NCBI RefSeq assembly: GCF_006345805.1
Contig: NC_042999.1
Location: forward strand, 174,359,282 to 174,423,281
Source of the DNA: Octopus sinensis
Taxonomy: Eukaryota
Length of the DNA stretch: 64,000 nt
Direction of reading: 5' to 3'
Below, one piece after another: positions 10,800 to 24,524 of this stretch. The translations under genes were made by a program, and so were the position numbers. The notes under the pieces are model-generated. The model was not told where the DNA came from. It searched no databases and saw only the letters and a program-made list of their open reading frames with translations. How positions within the stretch are numbered: the stretch's first letter is position 1; each line of letters begins with the position of its first letter.

Positions 10800-12560
10800 A
10801 ATGGTTAAGCTGCAAGTAGCAAAATAAAAATAGCCAAGTTCATTAAACTGTACGAGCATTTGACAGTCAGGAATGGTGTATATACTTCGCATTTTCCAAT
10901 TTTTTCAAAGCTTGTATTCTTTCTAAACCGTTGTGGGCATTGTATGCGCATAAGCATATCTAAGTGACTTTCTTGTAATCTGTTTCTAGATTTTAATTTA
11001 ATTGTACTCATCAGATTGAATAATTTCCACACAATCCGCACTTTATACTTGAATTGTTGAATATCAAAGAGCTGATAGATAGCATTAAAATTATGTTTTT
11101 ACACTAAATGCTTCAAGAGGTCTTTTGTGAAGGATATATAATATTTAAAGCCATTTATTGACTATAGGTACAAGGATGTTTTCCTCATCAGAATTCATGA
11201 TCTCTTTGTATTTTTTATGATGTTTTGCTCTATAAAATGCTGTCGGTGCCAAAATCATTGGTGACTTCTAACATAAAAGAAGGAAAATCTTACCCTTCAA
11301 GTTCACTTGCATAAAGTCATGTCTCCAAATGTACACAAAACAAGGAAAAAAATGTCAAAAAGTCCTTTGTCAAAGTCTTCTGTGCAGAATGCAATAATAT
11401 TTTGAGCTGTGTTACTTTAGAAAACAATTGTCTCCAGATACTATTTTTTTTTATATCCGATAATTCTTTTGTTTCTTTAGCAGTAAGCCTTCAGTAGTGG
11501 TTAAACTCCTTTTTGGCAACATATGCATGGTTCAGCAGACTCATCAAAAGTATCATTTATTGTGAACGTGACATTTTCTAAAGAATCCTCAAACGGCAGT
11601 ATTTAATGACTGGATTATTATTTTTATTTACTTCAATTTCAAAGTAATTCAGAAAGATTCCATAATTTTGTACAAGCACATTGACAGTGATATGTCTTCA
11701 TAACCACTGCACCTCATTGAGTGCACAAAATGGCAAAGTTTCATATACCATAACATTGCCTTTTCTTTCAAATTTGATATTTAAAACTTTTGGTACACAT
11801 AAAACTGTATAGATTGTCTTGAGTAAAGGTTCTGTTTCTGTCACTTTTAGAAGAGTATTCCAAGGCCTTATAGAAATTTCTGCACGCTTTATAATCAATT
11901 CGTTGCAAGAATCCACTTTAAATCTTCTCCAATTGGTTATATAGCTTTCAGTGGCTATTTTCCTCAATTTGAAATAAAAGATAAGCATTTTGCTAACAGA
12001 ACTATCTGTACTTTCATCAAAGATTAATGTATGTTATTTTGATTGTCGAATTTCCAACGTCATATCTGAATGGATAATGCCATTCTACAAGCTGAAATGC
12101 ATAGTTTTTACTACGCCAACCTATTGGCAAGGGTACGTATTCGGCCATATGATCCTGTATATATATTGTACAGAGTTCATTGAAGCGTATATTTGTATTG
12201 CGAATAACATAATGTCTCTGAGACTTTATTTCATTTGCCTTGGAAGCCTTTATTTCTTTCACTTCTGTTCTCTCTTTATGTGAAACACCCTCAAAAAGTA
12301 CTTATAATGGTTGAATAATCCTGTTTCTAAGAATTTCGATAGCAGAAATATGTTGCTTCTGAGATAAATGCCTTTTCAACTAATCCAATTTCCACCCCTC
12401 ACTGTATGTTGTTTTGTCAGTAGTAAACACGTTAGAGACTTTTGCTTCACTAAAAATTTGACAGATTAACCTTGACTTCATTGTATTGGAAGATTTCTTT
12501 CAATTGAATTACTGTACGATTCCTTGATTTTAGTGTTTCTGCTTCTACTTTTGTGATAAG
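10800..12560 (-). pseudogene. hAT-superfamily transposase fossil
   Basis: Minus-strand remnants in the expected order: zinc-finger-like CQIF..WKLD*LKRHLSQKQH (about 12350-12460), DESTDSSVSKMLIFYF (12004-12018 onward), YCILHR CxxH motif (about 11380-11397), and C-terminal dimerisation-like IKLKSRNRLQESHLDMLMRI. TIRs not located. Confidence 0.75.
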
Positions 12561-14049
12561 CCAATCATCTTAAATTGAAAGCAAGACATTTTCAGGCTGT
12601 ACTTGTGTTACATTCCGGTTTTTGCTTTACCATCATAATGATTTATTATTATATCTATTTTTATTATATTATTTTTATATTGGAAAGAAAAAATATATTA
12701 ATTATATTTATTATAGTTGTTAACAATTATGTTTGTTAAAAAAATTAACACAAAAATTTGACTAATGAAGTTTATAGTGATAAATTTGATTAATCTTAGC
12801 CAGTTAGAAAGTTAATTAGGAAAGTCAATATAATTCCCACCATTTTTATTCATTATCAATTATTGGCTTCTGCTATTATACATCTCACGGTCAGCTATCA
12901 TGCACCATATCTTATGAAGTCGAATCGAGACTGTCGTTCTCGGTTATCCAAGTGGTCCAACAGGACATTTCAGGGAAGTGGGCAATACTTTATTATAGAT
13001 AAATACTTAGCCAAAAAGCGTATTGTAAAGCCAGGCACTCTGGAAATATCTGGCAAAAGTGAGAACGACGAATAAGATTTTAAAAATTTAATTTATTCTG
13101 GGATGTTATTTGTCTGCATTTTTAGCAGGCCGAGGTACCATCCGTATGTATGTGTATGTGTGAGTGTATATATGCGCATGCATACATGCATAACTACATG
13201 CATATATACATTTGAAACACTTTTGCAATAAAGGATCAGGTAATAACTACAAAATACCTGATGTACAGCAAGGTCAAAGATTCGAGTAAATTCCAGATAT
13301 GACAACTGAAGTAGGCTCTATGAAATAATACTAAGGATATCACCCACACCATAAGTGGCTGCCCGATAATAGTCTCATGGTACTACTGGTCTATGAGACA
13401 AGATTTCAGGATTTGAAAATTATATAATGCGTGGAAAGGATGATCCTGAGGAAACAAATATAAGAAGCGATGTGCAGGGCATAATCACACATAATTGGAG
13501 AGATCACTGATGATACTTGTCAAGACTTCATTAAGAAGCGACCGCAACACGCCAAGCATAATGATCTAATGCAGAGAAAACTTTTTTCACAGTAGTTGAA
13601 ACCAGTTGCCCAGCAGATGTCAACATGATGTTAAAGATTAATGAAAAAGAAAACATCTATACCAGTCTGTTGAGAAATGTGCTGTTTCGCCATTCGGATT
13701 ATAACTTTAGATTTATACGAATAATTATTTGAGCAGTTGGCTACGTGACTAACTGCTTGGTTAGATAATAAAATTTTGCCTGAACATACAGTTTACTATC
13801 TCTCTCTCTCTCTTTATCACCTCCCCATATCTGAGTATTCTACATTCCCCGCCCGCTCTTCTGTGTAATTTCAAATTCACAAAACCAGAAAGAACACAAT
13901 CAGATGATTACAGCTTCAAGTTGTCAATGGTACTGTCAGAGCATGTAAAACATTCATGTGCACATACATATGTATATATATAAATATATATATATGTATG
14001 TGTTGTGTGTGTGTGCGCGCGCGCGTGTACGTGTGTGTGTACATACACA

Positions 14050-14264
14050 CGAGTGGTGTGCTGAAAAGTTACTGGCTTTAAGTAAAAGAAAATACAAGAG
14101 GATCAGTTAATTATGATTTTATACAATATATTCCCCTCTCAGATTCACACACTTGCAACTGTCCTTTAGTTTTTCTAAGCCCTAAAAAAGAACTCGGAAG
14201 GTTGGGCCTCCAGCCAGACCCTTTTGCGATACCCTTAAAGCCAGAAGCTTTTCAGCACCCCCTC
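14050..14264 (-). mobile_element. Mariner-derived MITE (215 bp)
   Basis: TIRs cgagtggtgtgctgaaaagttactggctttaag (14050-14082) and cttaaagccagaagcttttcagcacccctcg (14234-14264). The interior on the minus strand resembles a mariner C-terminus (GLEKLKD..KCVNLRGEYIV*). Confidence 0.75.
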
Positions 14265-14279
14265 GGGAATATAAAAAGA

Positions 14280-14600
14280 ACTGGCACTTCGTCAATTACG
14301 ACGACGAGGGTTCCAGTTGATCCGATCAGCAGAACAGCCAACTAGTGAAATTAACGTGCAAGTGGCTGAGCACTCTACATGCACGCGTACTCTTACTCAA
14401 GAAGATTCAACGTGACACAGGAATTGACAACGCTAGCCCTTTGAAATACAAGTACTGCTCATTTTTGCCAGTTGAGTGAGCTGGAGCAACGTGAGATAAA
14501 GCATCTTGCTCAAAGACACAACGCGCTGCCGGTAATCGAATTCATGACCTTAGAATTGGGAGACGAAAACCCTAATGACTTAGACACGCGCCTTCACCGC
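14280..14600 (-). mobile_element. tRNA-derived SINE, family F2, diverged
   Basis: ggagcaacgtgagataaagcatcttgctcaaagacacaacgcg matches the 6790-6840 copy. Confidence 0.7.
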
Positions 14601-14623
14601 ATATATATATATATATATATATA

Positions 14624-16201
14624 CAGTGGGGGGAAATAAATATTCGTACATGTCAAAATTCTTTATTTATTTAATTTCTAATGAACATAAATGGGATACA
14701 CCAATACTATATTTGCATACAGATGCATAAACTAAGAATATGCAAAAGAAACTAATAAATTATAGTAACTAATGAATTTATATACAGTTATAAATATTTA
14801 GGGGTGAAAAAAGTATTCGTACAGAATATATTTATGATTTTCTATGCCACAAAATACTGTTAAAATATTTTTTTTACTAGAACTTTCTCGTTTGTTCCAA
14901 TAATCTTATCAGTTGTCATTTTTAAGTGTCAAAACGCTAGCTTCATCATTCAGCACTGAGACAACATAAAGTGGTATCGTAATAATGGCGAAAAGTAAAG
15001 AACTCACAAATTCAGTGAAAATTTTAATTATTGAACAATGGAAAGCAGGTAAAAGTTACAGGAAAATATCAGACACCCTTTGTATTCCATTTTCTACCAT
15101 ATCTTCATTTATTCAAAGATATTAAAAAAAATCAGGAACTGTTGAAAACAGAATAAGATCTGGTGCACCATGCAAGATTTTCCCTGATCTTTAAGAAATA
15201 TGAAGCCAAGAATCGAAAAAAAAACCCCAATGATCACCAGAAAGGAGTTGCAAGAAGATTTGTTAGCTTCAGGGACAATCAGCAATGAACTTCATAGGAA
15301 TTAACTGAAGTCACGCTCTCCTAAAAAAACTCCACTGTTGACTAAAAGGCATAGAGATGCCCATTTAAAATTTGTTTATGAACATAAAGTTAAATCTGAT
15401 ACATTCTGGGGAAATGTTCTATAGACAAACGAGTCAAAAATGGAATTGTTTGGACAAAATTCGCGTAGCCATGTTTGGAGGAAAGATGGTACCACCTATT
15501 CGCCGAAAAACACAATTCCTACTGTAAAGTTTGGAGGTGGGGGTATTTCTCTGCAAAGGGTACTGGCAATTTACATGTGATAGATGGTAGAATGAATGCA
15601 GAGATGTACCAAAATATTTTGAACAATAATTTATGGGACTCTGTAGAAAAGCTCCAGCTGTGTGAAGGGTAGGTTTTACAACAGGATAACAATCCTAAGC
15701 ACACGGCGAAGTCTATCAAAAAATGGATTGTCGATCACAATATAAAATTATTAGAATGGCCAAGCCAGTCCACTGACTTGAACTCCATTGAAAATTTGTG
15801 GCGTTATTTGAAAATTACAATTCATTCAAGAGTCCCAAAGTGCATTACAGATTTGAAGAAAATTTGTCAAGAAGAATGGGACAAAATTCCTAAAGAAACA
15901 TGCAAGTTATTGATTAAGAACTACAAGAAGAGATTGGTTGAAGTGGAACTGAATAATGGTTATGCTACGAAGTATTAAATCAGAATTATCAGCTATTTAT
16001 GTTCTGTACGAATGCTTTTTTCCCCTCTAAATATTTATAATTGTAAATAAATTCATTAGTTACTATAATTTATTAGTTTCTTTTGCATATTCTTAGTTTA
16101 TGCATCTGTATGCAAATATAGTATTGGTATATTCCATTTATGTTCATTAGAAATTAAATAAATAATTTTGACACATTACGAATATTTATTTCCCCCCACT
16201 G
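14624..16201 (+). mobile_element. Complete 1578-bp Tc1 element with about 205-bp IR/DR ends
   Basis: TA|cagtggggggaaataaatattcgta ... tacgaatatttatttccccccactg|TA. Near-identical long TIRs with inner repeat aaaaagtattcgtaca. TA TSD within TA tracts. Confidence 0.95.
14985..15978 (+). pseudogene. Tc1 DD34E transposase, disrupted
   Basis: MAKSKELTNS..GKSYRKIS, ESKMELFG, QQDNNPKH, WPSQSTDLNSIENLW and ATKY*, with stops and frameshifts. Confidence 0.9.
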
Positions 16202-16203
16202 TA

Positions 16204-16275
16204 TATATATATATATATATATTATATATGCATACATATGTAGTAGTAGTAGTAGTAGTAGTAGCAGCAGCAGCG

Positions 16276-16326
<51 letters not shown>
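16204..16326. repeat. Compound microsatellite (TA)n-(GTA)n-(GCA)n-(GTA)n
   Basis: Direct reading. Confidence 0.95.
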
Positions 16327-18860
16327 AGGATGGGAAACCTAATGCAGAAGTTAGAACGTTCTGGAGTAATATTTGGGGTAAGCCAGTCAATCATAATGGA
16401 GATGCAGTATGGTTTTTAAAAAAGTGAAGGAAGCAATAGTGAGTGAGAAACAGCCAGATGTAAGATTAATTAGTGCATTAATGAGTAAAGTGTTAAGGAA
16501 AATGCAGAATTGGAAGGGCCCGGAACCAGCTTTAGTTCAAGGGTACTGGTTAAAGAAATTTAGTAATTTACATAGGAGCTGAGGGAACAACTTCAGGATC
16601 GCCTTAATTGAGGAATAATACCAGATCGGATGACTAGGGGGAGAACAATACTACTTATGAAAGATAAAAGCTAGGGTGTTACAGTTAGCAACTATAGACC
16701 AATCACTTGCTTACCATTAGTGTGGAAGCTGTTAACAGGAATGCTTTCAGAAAGCATTTACGAACACCTTGACAACCAGAATTAACTGCCAGAAGAACAG
16801 AAAGGTTGCAGGAAGAAGGCGAGAGGAACGCATGATCTATTATACATAGACAAAGCAGTTGTAAATGGAGTAAAATCTAGAAAGCAAAATCTAACAATAG
16901 CCTGGATAGATTTTAAGAAAGCCTATGACATGATCCTACACTCATGGATAAGTGAATGAGTATATTCAGTATAGCAGACAACATAAGAGAAGTAATTAGT
17001 CTTAGCATAGATAAATGGAAAGTAGACCTCTACTCAGGTGACTCAATATTAGGGAAAGTTAATATTAAGAGAAGAATTTTCCAAGGGGACTCGTTATCCC
17101 CTTTGATATTTGTCTTATGTTTGATCCTCCTCAGTTTAGTATTAAAGAATGCAAAGGCATGGTATCAGTTCAGAAATAATAAGGGAAAAATTAACCATTT
17201 GCTCTATATGGATGATCTGAAGCTTTTTAGTAAGAATGAAAAAGAGATAGGTTCCTTAATACAAACTGTAAGACTCTTAAGCAAATATATAGGCATGGAA
17301 TTTGGCATAGATAAGAGTGCAATATTAGTCATGAGAAGAGGACAGGTACTCAACAGCGAAGGCATCTAATTACCAGATGGCCAGACATTAAAATCATTGA
17401 AAGGAGAGAGCTATAAGTATATAGGAGTATTAGAATCTGACAGAGTACTAACTATAGAAATGAAAACGAAAATTAAGGAGTACATCAGATGGTGAGGAAG
17501 CTAATGAAGCCAAAGCTAAATGCTCCGAATTTAGCGATGACTGTAAATACTTGGGTAGTATCATTACTTACTCAGCAGCTTTTGTAGATTGAACGAAAAC
17601 TAAATTAGCAAAACTAGACAGAACTAGGAAGGAATTCAATATGAATGGAGGACTCCATCCAAGGGCAGGAGTAGCAAGATCATACCTACCTAGAAAAGAA
17701 GGTGAAGAGGGTTAATATCAGTAGAAGACTGCGTGGAGCTAGCTAGAGTAGATATAGACTCCTATGTAGGTAATAGTGAAGAAAGTTTATGAAGAGCTGC
17801 TAGAGTCACAGCAAGACATAGGGAAACCAAAAACCCAAACGAAGTTAAAAGCAGAAAAAAGGACAGAACTTATCTGACTGGCAGAAGAAGGCTTTGCATG
17901 GTAGATTCTCAAAGACAGTTACAGAAAATAGTAGTAGTGAGACATGGTTATTGTTGCAGAAAGGAAGGCTGAAAGGGAGACAGGAAATTTGTTAGTAGCA
18001 GCACAAGATCGAGCGTTAAGGATTAATTGGATAAAAGCCAAGATAGACAAGAATCAAGTAGACTCCCAATGTAGGTTATGGCAAATCAAAAGAGGAAAGC
18101 GTTACTTATATAGTAAGTGAATGTAGCATGCTGGCACAGAAAGAATACAAGAAAAGACATGACAACCTAGGCAGAGTAATCCACTGGGAGATATGTAGAA
18201 AGCTAGGATTTGAATATACTGATAAATGGTATGAACATGAACCTAGAAAGTAAGAAATATAAGATGTTGTGGGACTTTAACATTCAGACTGACAGATTAA
18301 TAGAAGCTAGAAGGCCTGATTTAGTAGTAGTTTATAAAGAGAATAGCAAGTGCCAGATAATTGACTTTACAGTTCCAAATGATGAAAAATATCAATATGA
18401 GAGGTATACAAAAAATAGCATAGAATCAAGACTTAGCCATTACAGAGACTATCGAAAGCGCGGGTAAAATGTATCCCAATAGTTTTAGGTGTATTGGTAA
18501 CTATCCCTAAAAATATGAACAGATGAATAGAGTAAATAGGCATAAGAGCCAGTTTAGTACAGTTCCAGAAAACAGTGTTATTAGGGACAGCTAAGATACT
18601 TACGAGGATTCTTAGCATCATTGCAAAAGTCCTACTGTATTCTCCAACTGGACAGACAAACGAACATCTTAAGAAAACTTTAATATATTGCTACTGATGG
18701 TAGTAAATACATTTGACTTCTGCTAACCCAAAGGGTGCAGACTCTTTTGCCTCTATGGCTGACTTCCCCACCATCTGCCGAATCTATTTATAGACCTGCA
18801 GAATATAATCTATTCCCCAAACTGCTACCCAACTATCTCCTCAAAGAATGGTAGTGATGG
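16327..18860 (+). mobile_element. R4/Dong-type non-LTR retrotransposon, 5' truncated and decayed
   Basis: [62 protein letters not shown] finger, RHDN, LWDFNIQTD, RRPDLVV, IIDFTVP and QKTVLLGTAKIL. Followed by (TAA)n at about 18874-18914. Confidence 0.9.
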
Positions 18861-18874
18861 TGATGGTGATACTG

Positions 18875-18916
<42 letters not shown>

Positions 18917-19097
18917 TGCAGCAGCTCTAATACTAAATACTACTAATACTACAATAATACTACAACTACTACTATTATGATAGCACAGGAATCTGAGGCC
19001 GAACCATCATCCTTACCACTACCCCCACCCCTGCTACTGTTGCTGTTGCTGCAACTACTGCTGCTACATAAAAACAATAATATCAGTGATGATGTTG

Positions 19098-19134
<37 letters not shown>

Positions 19135-19136
<2 letters not shown>

Positions 19137-19690
19137 GCCCTGATGCAGTACCAGGCAGTGGCTCTCATGGCTTCTGATCTTAACTGATTGGAAGTGTTAT
19201 CATGTACATTGTTTTGTCTTGGTATAAAAGATGGGATACAGCAAATATTCTGCTCAATACCACAGATTTGCTTGTCAGTTGTTTGACCTTAACCAGTTGA
19301 GCATGTCGCTTAGTGGCTGACGATATGTGCATCTCTGATCACGAGCAGAAGTAGTGGGGGAGCATCATAGCCATGTGTTGAGAGGGATTCTTTGGGGTTT
19401 GAATAGTTCACCTCTGGCAACATGGGTGGTTCTTTCAACATCCTTAAACAACCCTTATTCAGGGACCTTTTGAGCGGGATGGGCTACTCAACCTGAAGAA
19501 AATTCTAACTGGGCCCCACCTGCAAGGTCATGTGCTGTTTATCTTGATATGAGATCATCATGTCGCGCACATATGGTTGTGATGCATGTACCTGGTGTAC
19601 CTTTATCAGACGGGTAGTCATGATGGGTATATTGGGCTTCGTATATTTTACCCCAGTGTCACTTTGATGGCATGAACTGCTCTCTCACTC
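19135..19690 (+). mobile_element. 556-bp non-coding interspersed element bounded by (TAA)n on both sides
   Basis: (AAT)n directly before 19135 and after 19690. A 33-nt exact match (19439-19471) occurs reverse-complemented at 31143-31175. No ORF, TIR or tRNA head. Confidence 0.7.
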
Positions 19691-19708
19691 AATAATAATA
19701 ATAATAAT

Positions 19709-22424
19709 GAAAGGAAACGGGTGGAGCCTCCTTCTCCTCATGAGCTGATTAATGATACATCTAATGATAGTGTCACAATACAAACACTGGTAATTGCGAA
19801 ACCTGATAATAGCTACCTCATATGAGTGAATAACGGTGGTAATGAAACTGAAGCCAATGATGGTGACAGTGTTACACCCGGTAAGCTTGGAGATTCTGGT
19901 CCGGCTCCAGCCTGTCGATATCCAGGAAAGGACCACCACACACATCGTAGATGGAGCAAGCAAATTAATGCTGTGGTCATGGAATATTACTACCTGAGCA
20001 GCCCGGTAGATGAAAATGGTGCTCAAATTGGTGGTTATCGAGAGAAAAGGGATTGTTTCAACTCACGGAACAGAGACTATGCGATCAAGCTGGAGCAGTA
20101 AAAAAGAAATTGTTGGTTCACAGAAGTAGAGCTCGAAGCTATCAAAAGACGGGTCATGGAAAATAGCAGCAGAGATAACAATGAAAATACAGTTCTTACT
20201 AATAAGAGTAATCCCATAGCAAAGGAGAGGAGCAGTGGTAGTTTACTTGATGAGAGACATATAGATGATCGAAAAGAAGACAATAAAACTAATTGCTACA
20301 TGACAGATGAAAAAAAGGCAATCTACGATAGAATGACGATGAGACTACAGAAGAACGATGGCGACATTATTTGCAACCTTAAAAAGGTGGATTGATGGAA
20401 ATTGAACCAAGAAACGAAAAATGTCAATGAAATTCTGAAAAACATCAGAACAAACAACATCACAGAAACAAATAATTTGATCAAGGCAGCAAGTATTGTT
20501 GTAATAGAAAATGTGGGTGTCGATGTCAAGAAAAAGAAACATAATGGGAGTGGCAAAACAAAAGATCCATGGTGGAAAAGAAGAATCCAGACAGGGTTAT
20601 ACATGCTCTCGAAGGAAATCTCTGTGTTAGACCGAAAAGAGAAAGGGGAATACAGGGCGCTGAAAAAGGAAGTATAATATTGAAAGAAAGGACCTGAAAC
20701 TAGTAATGGAGGAACTGAAGCAGCGCCTCGTTGCAAAGAAAGCAAAGATGGTAAGATACGACCAAACAATGAAAGGTTACCACCAGAATAGGTTATTCAG
20801 AGTAGATCAGAAGAGATTCTATAAAGAAATAAATGGAGAGTGTACAGATGAAAAGTTGATACCAGATAACATTGAAAGTCAAAGGTTTTAGAGTGACATC
20901 CGGAGCAAAGATAAATATCATAAGAAGGATGCTGAATAGTTGAATGGTTGCAAGAACTGAAACGAACAGTAGTGTTCCAAAACAGGCGGAACTAGTCATT
21001 TCAGTTAGGGAAGTGAAGGAACTCAGTAAAAAAATGAGCAACTGGTAGGCCCTGGGACCAGGTGGAGTTCAAGACTACTTGATCAAAAGATTTGGTGAAT
21101 GTCATGCGCGAATAGCTGCGCAACTCAACACCTTGTTAAACGCCGACCAAGTAACACCAGAGTGGTTGACATTGGGTAGGACAGATCTGTGCCTGAAAAA
21201 CATCGAAAAAGGCAATACGGTAGACAATTACAGGCTAATATCCTGTTTGCCACTTATGTGGAAGTTATTGACTGGAATACTCGCAGAGTCAATGTACGAA
21301 AATCTGGAAAAAATGGAGTCCTGCCACATGAGCAGAAGGGTTGCAAGCGTAAGTGCAGAGGTACCAAGGATCAGCTCCTGATAAACAAGACTACACTTAG
21401 AAACTGCAAGAAGAGAAAAAGTAATTTAGCCATATCATAGATCGACTATCGTAAGGCGTACGATATGATCCCACATTCTTGTATTATGGAATGTATGAAC
21501 CTATTTGGTATTGCATCGAATGGTGAGCGATTGCTGGGAAAAAGTATGACGCATTGGAGGACGGACCTGAAAGCATACGGAAGAAGTTTAGGGACAGTAG
21601 AAATCAGGATGGGCATCTTCCAAGGCGACTGCCTGACACCACTGATCTTTCTACTGTCCATGATACGACTAACACTGATTCTCGGGAAAGCAAAAGCTGG
21701 GTATGTATTAAAAAGCCGCCAACAGAAAGTCAACCATTTGTTATTCATGGATGATCTCAAACTTTATGGTAAAGATGAAGCCCAAGTCAGTTTCCTCGTT
21801 GATACGATATATACCTTCAGTGCTGATATCAGAATGCAGTTCGGACTGAGAAGGTGTGGTGTGTTAGTCTTGAAGAGAGGCAAAATCAAATGTATGGACG
21901 GGCTAACGATACCGTCGGGGTGATTATGAAGCAGATAGAAGAGACGGGCTATAAGTACTTGGGGATTTTGGAAATGGATAAATTGATGGTGAAAGAAATG
22001 ACATAAAAGTTTAAGGTGGAGTACTTGCGCAGACTGAGACTGATCCTTATGTCGAAATTAAACGGACGGAATAAGATTGAAGCTATCAACACCTGGGCGG
22101 TTTCACTCCTTAGATATGGAGTGGGGGTAATCGCATGGACAGTAGATGAACTAAACAGCTTAGACAGAAAGACAAGGAAGTTGCTAACTAGATATGGGTC
22201 ACTTCACTCAAAAAGCGACACAAGACAGACTGTTTGTACCAAGTAAAAGAGGGGGAAAGGACTTATTGGATGCGAACACAGTATTGGAGGAGAAACAACA
22301 TAGCATGGTATTAAGAATGTCACAGGACCGCTATTATTAGAAGTAGGAAGGTCAGGTTTGTATAGGATGAAAGATTGACAAGATAAAGTACCACACAAGA
22401 AATTGAAAACGAATGAAACTGACA
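19709..22424 (+). mobile_element. R4/Dong-type element, N-terminus plus RT, 3' truncated
   Basis: Begins at (AAT)n. [84 protein letters not shown] and KLNGRNKIEAINTWAVS. Confidence 0.9.
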
Positions 22425-22734
22425 CTCCAGGTGCCAATCGCCCTTTCTTGGTCTACGCTTGATCCAGGACTGTAGCTCTATCAATGAGACATGCTGCGGA
22501 AAATCCTGCCTAACAAAAGGCGACCACATCTGCTCAGTTAAGAAAACGTTAGAGATATCGAAGCCTCATCGCATGTCTGCGCATCATTATCCACGGCATG
22601 CCCAGTCCTCCACTCAGCGGCCATTGACAGCATATGGACCATCTGACGAGTGGAACACGACCCTTTAACAGAAAGCGGAAGAGCAAGCGCTCCAACTTTG
22701 TCAGCCATGAAGCAGGACAAGGGACGACGAGCAG

Positions 22735-22735
<1 letters not shown>
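22425..22735 (+). mobile_element. Unclassified GC-richer fragment ending in (GTA)n; possibly an RTE-type 3' end
   Basis: Abrupt switch from Dong sequence and direct run into a (GTA)n tail at 22735-22800. Only weak resemblance to LINE C-termini. Confidence 0.3.
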
Positions 22736-22800
<65 letters not shown>

Positions 22801-23799
22801 TCGTCATAAACATTATTGGTAACAATAAAGATTATGATGATGAAAATGATGATAACATTGATCATCCTCAGTATCATCATTGTCGTCGTCATCATCATCA
22901 TTATCAGCAGCAGCAGCAGCATCAAACCCTTTCATACGTTTCGAAATAAAGTGATTCAGTGTAATGCAATGTCCTTTCTTCGTTGACTTTTTTATCCTCT
23001 TGTCGGACTTATACCATTTTAATTTTACCAGATAAAATACAGTTTTATTATTGATTTAGTGACGGTTGAGAGCGAAACAATGGATAAAAAATCTTTTTTG
23101 TAAAGTAGAAAAACAGAAGAAGAATAAAAAAAATAGTAAAAGCCGTTTTTCTAAATTTTTATCGGGTATCTGAAGAATTCGGTAAGTTAAATTTATTGAA
23201 ATTTTGTCCCATGCCGTTAGTGTTTATTTGATTAAATTTGATAAAGACTGATGTGTTTCGGAAAACTATAGATGGGAATTCAGATTCCTTTGAGACGGGG
23301 CCTTTTTCAGAGATTTTTCAGATTTCTTCTTTTTTCTACTTTGAATTTTCTAATTGATAAAACTAAGATGTGCTCATGAGCCTGAAATTGATTTAGTGAG
23401 TTTTGAAGAAAGAAACATCAGAGAAATGGAGAGACTGAATCGAGAAATATATTGAAACTGAAATTCAGAAGCCGTGGTCTACGTAGCACAAGTAGCGTTT
23501 ACGAACGCCAGAGAGACATTGCATATACAGAAAAGCATCGGGGCAACAGAGAGGACACTTTAAGGACAGACTGAATAATCATAGATGATCTTGTAGGGTC
23601 CAGGAAAGGCAAAATGTCACAACTTCAGGCAGTCATATATGGCGATTTAAAAGAAGCAACATCGTATAACATCACCTGGAAGTTATTGAAAGGTCTAGAT
23701 AGTATCTTAATGGAAGTAGGAGATGCAGGCACAATTTGGCGGAGAAGAGGATCATTTTCCGCCAAGCAATGCGTTTTCCTAACCTTGGAAGGCAAAAGT

Positions 23800-24520
23800 C
23801 GCTCCAGTGCAACTCGATCATGCCTGGTTTTATACTTTCTAGGAGCAAGGACTGAGCAACCGGCAACAATGTGATCAATGCTCTCAAGTTTGTCATTTCA
23901 GAGTCTACACTTTGTGCCTACCTCATTGTATGTGACATTAGCGTGATAGTCCCGGGTGAGGAGACTCTGATTTTGTGCCGCAAGGACAAATCGTTCTGTT
24001 TCGGCCTTCAAACCAGCACCCTGCAACCACTGAAGAGTTCTTCTCATAACTACATCAGCTTCCCCATCTCGTTTGGAGTATTTCTCATGCAATGGTTTTT
24101 CTTACCACAGTCTCGATATTTCATGCAGGCTTTCCTGTTTGGCTTTTGTTTTACACCTTTTTTTTTTGCTGCCTTAGTGGATCATGGTGTTAGCTGTCAG
24201 TTTACCACGTTTGAATGAAATTTTTACATATTTGTCAATGCCAAATTCCATATCGATATCATCACTGAATGTTTTTCACAATTACTAGTAACCCTTTTAG
24301 ATCCTTGTCATCTTTTGCATATAATTTCAGATCATCCATGTAGAGCAAGTGTGATACGATCTTATCAAACATTTTGCAACCATAATTAGTTCTATTCAGC
24401 TCCATACCGAGACAAAACTATAACATCTTCGTATCATCATTTTTTTTTTTTTGTGCAAAATAGTCCTCGCTGAAAAGCTTTTTATTTCAGAGATTTCCTT
24501 CTCCTATATGGATCGTCTTC
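23800..24520 (-). mobile_element. R4/Dong-type fragment (linker plus CCHC finger)
   Basis: QWLQGAGLKAETERFVLAAQNQSLLTRDY, KCRLCNDKLESIDHIVAGCSVLAP and RHDRV. Confidence 0.85.
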
Positions 24521-24524
24521 ACTA

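Noticed and set aside
19710-19760. HDV-like ribozyme at the Dong 5' end (UUC-UCCUCAU-GAG), also ccctcctcgcca at 24638 and 37216
   Set aside because: Only a P3/L3-like fragment; P1, P2 and P4 could not be assigned by eye. A descriptor search would be needed.
22636-22665. CUGACGA-GUG-GAA-CAC hammerhead-like string
   Set aside because: Followed by GACCC rather than GAAA, with no stem I or stem III.
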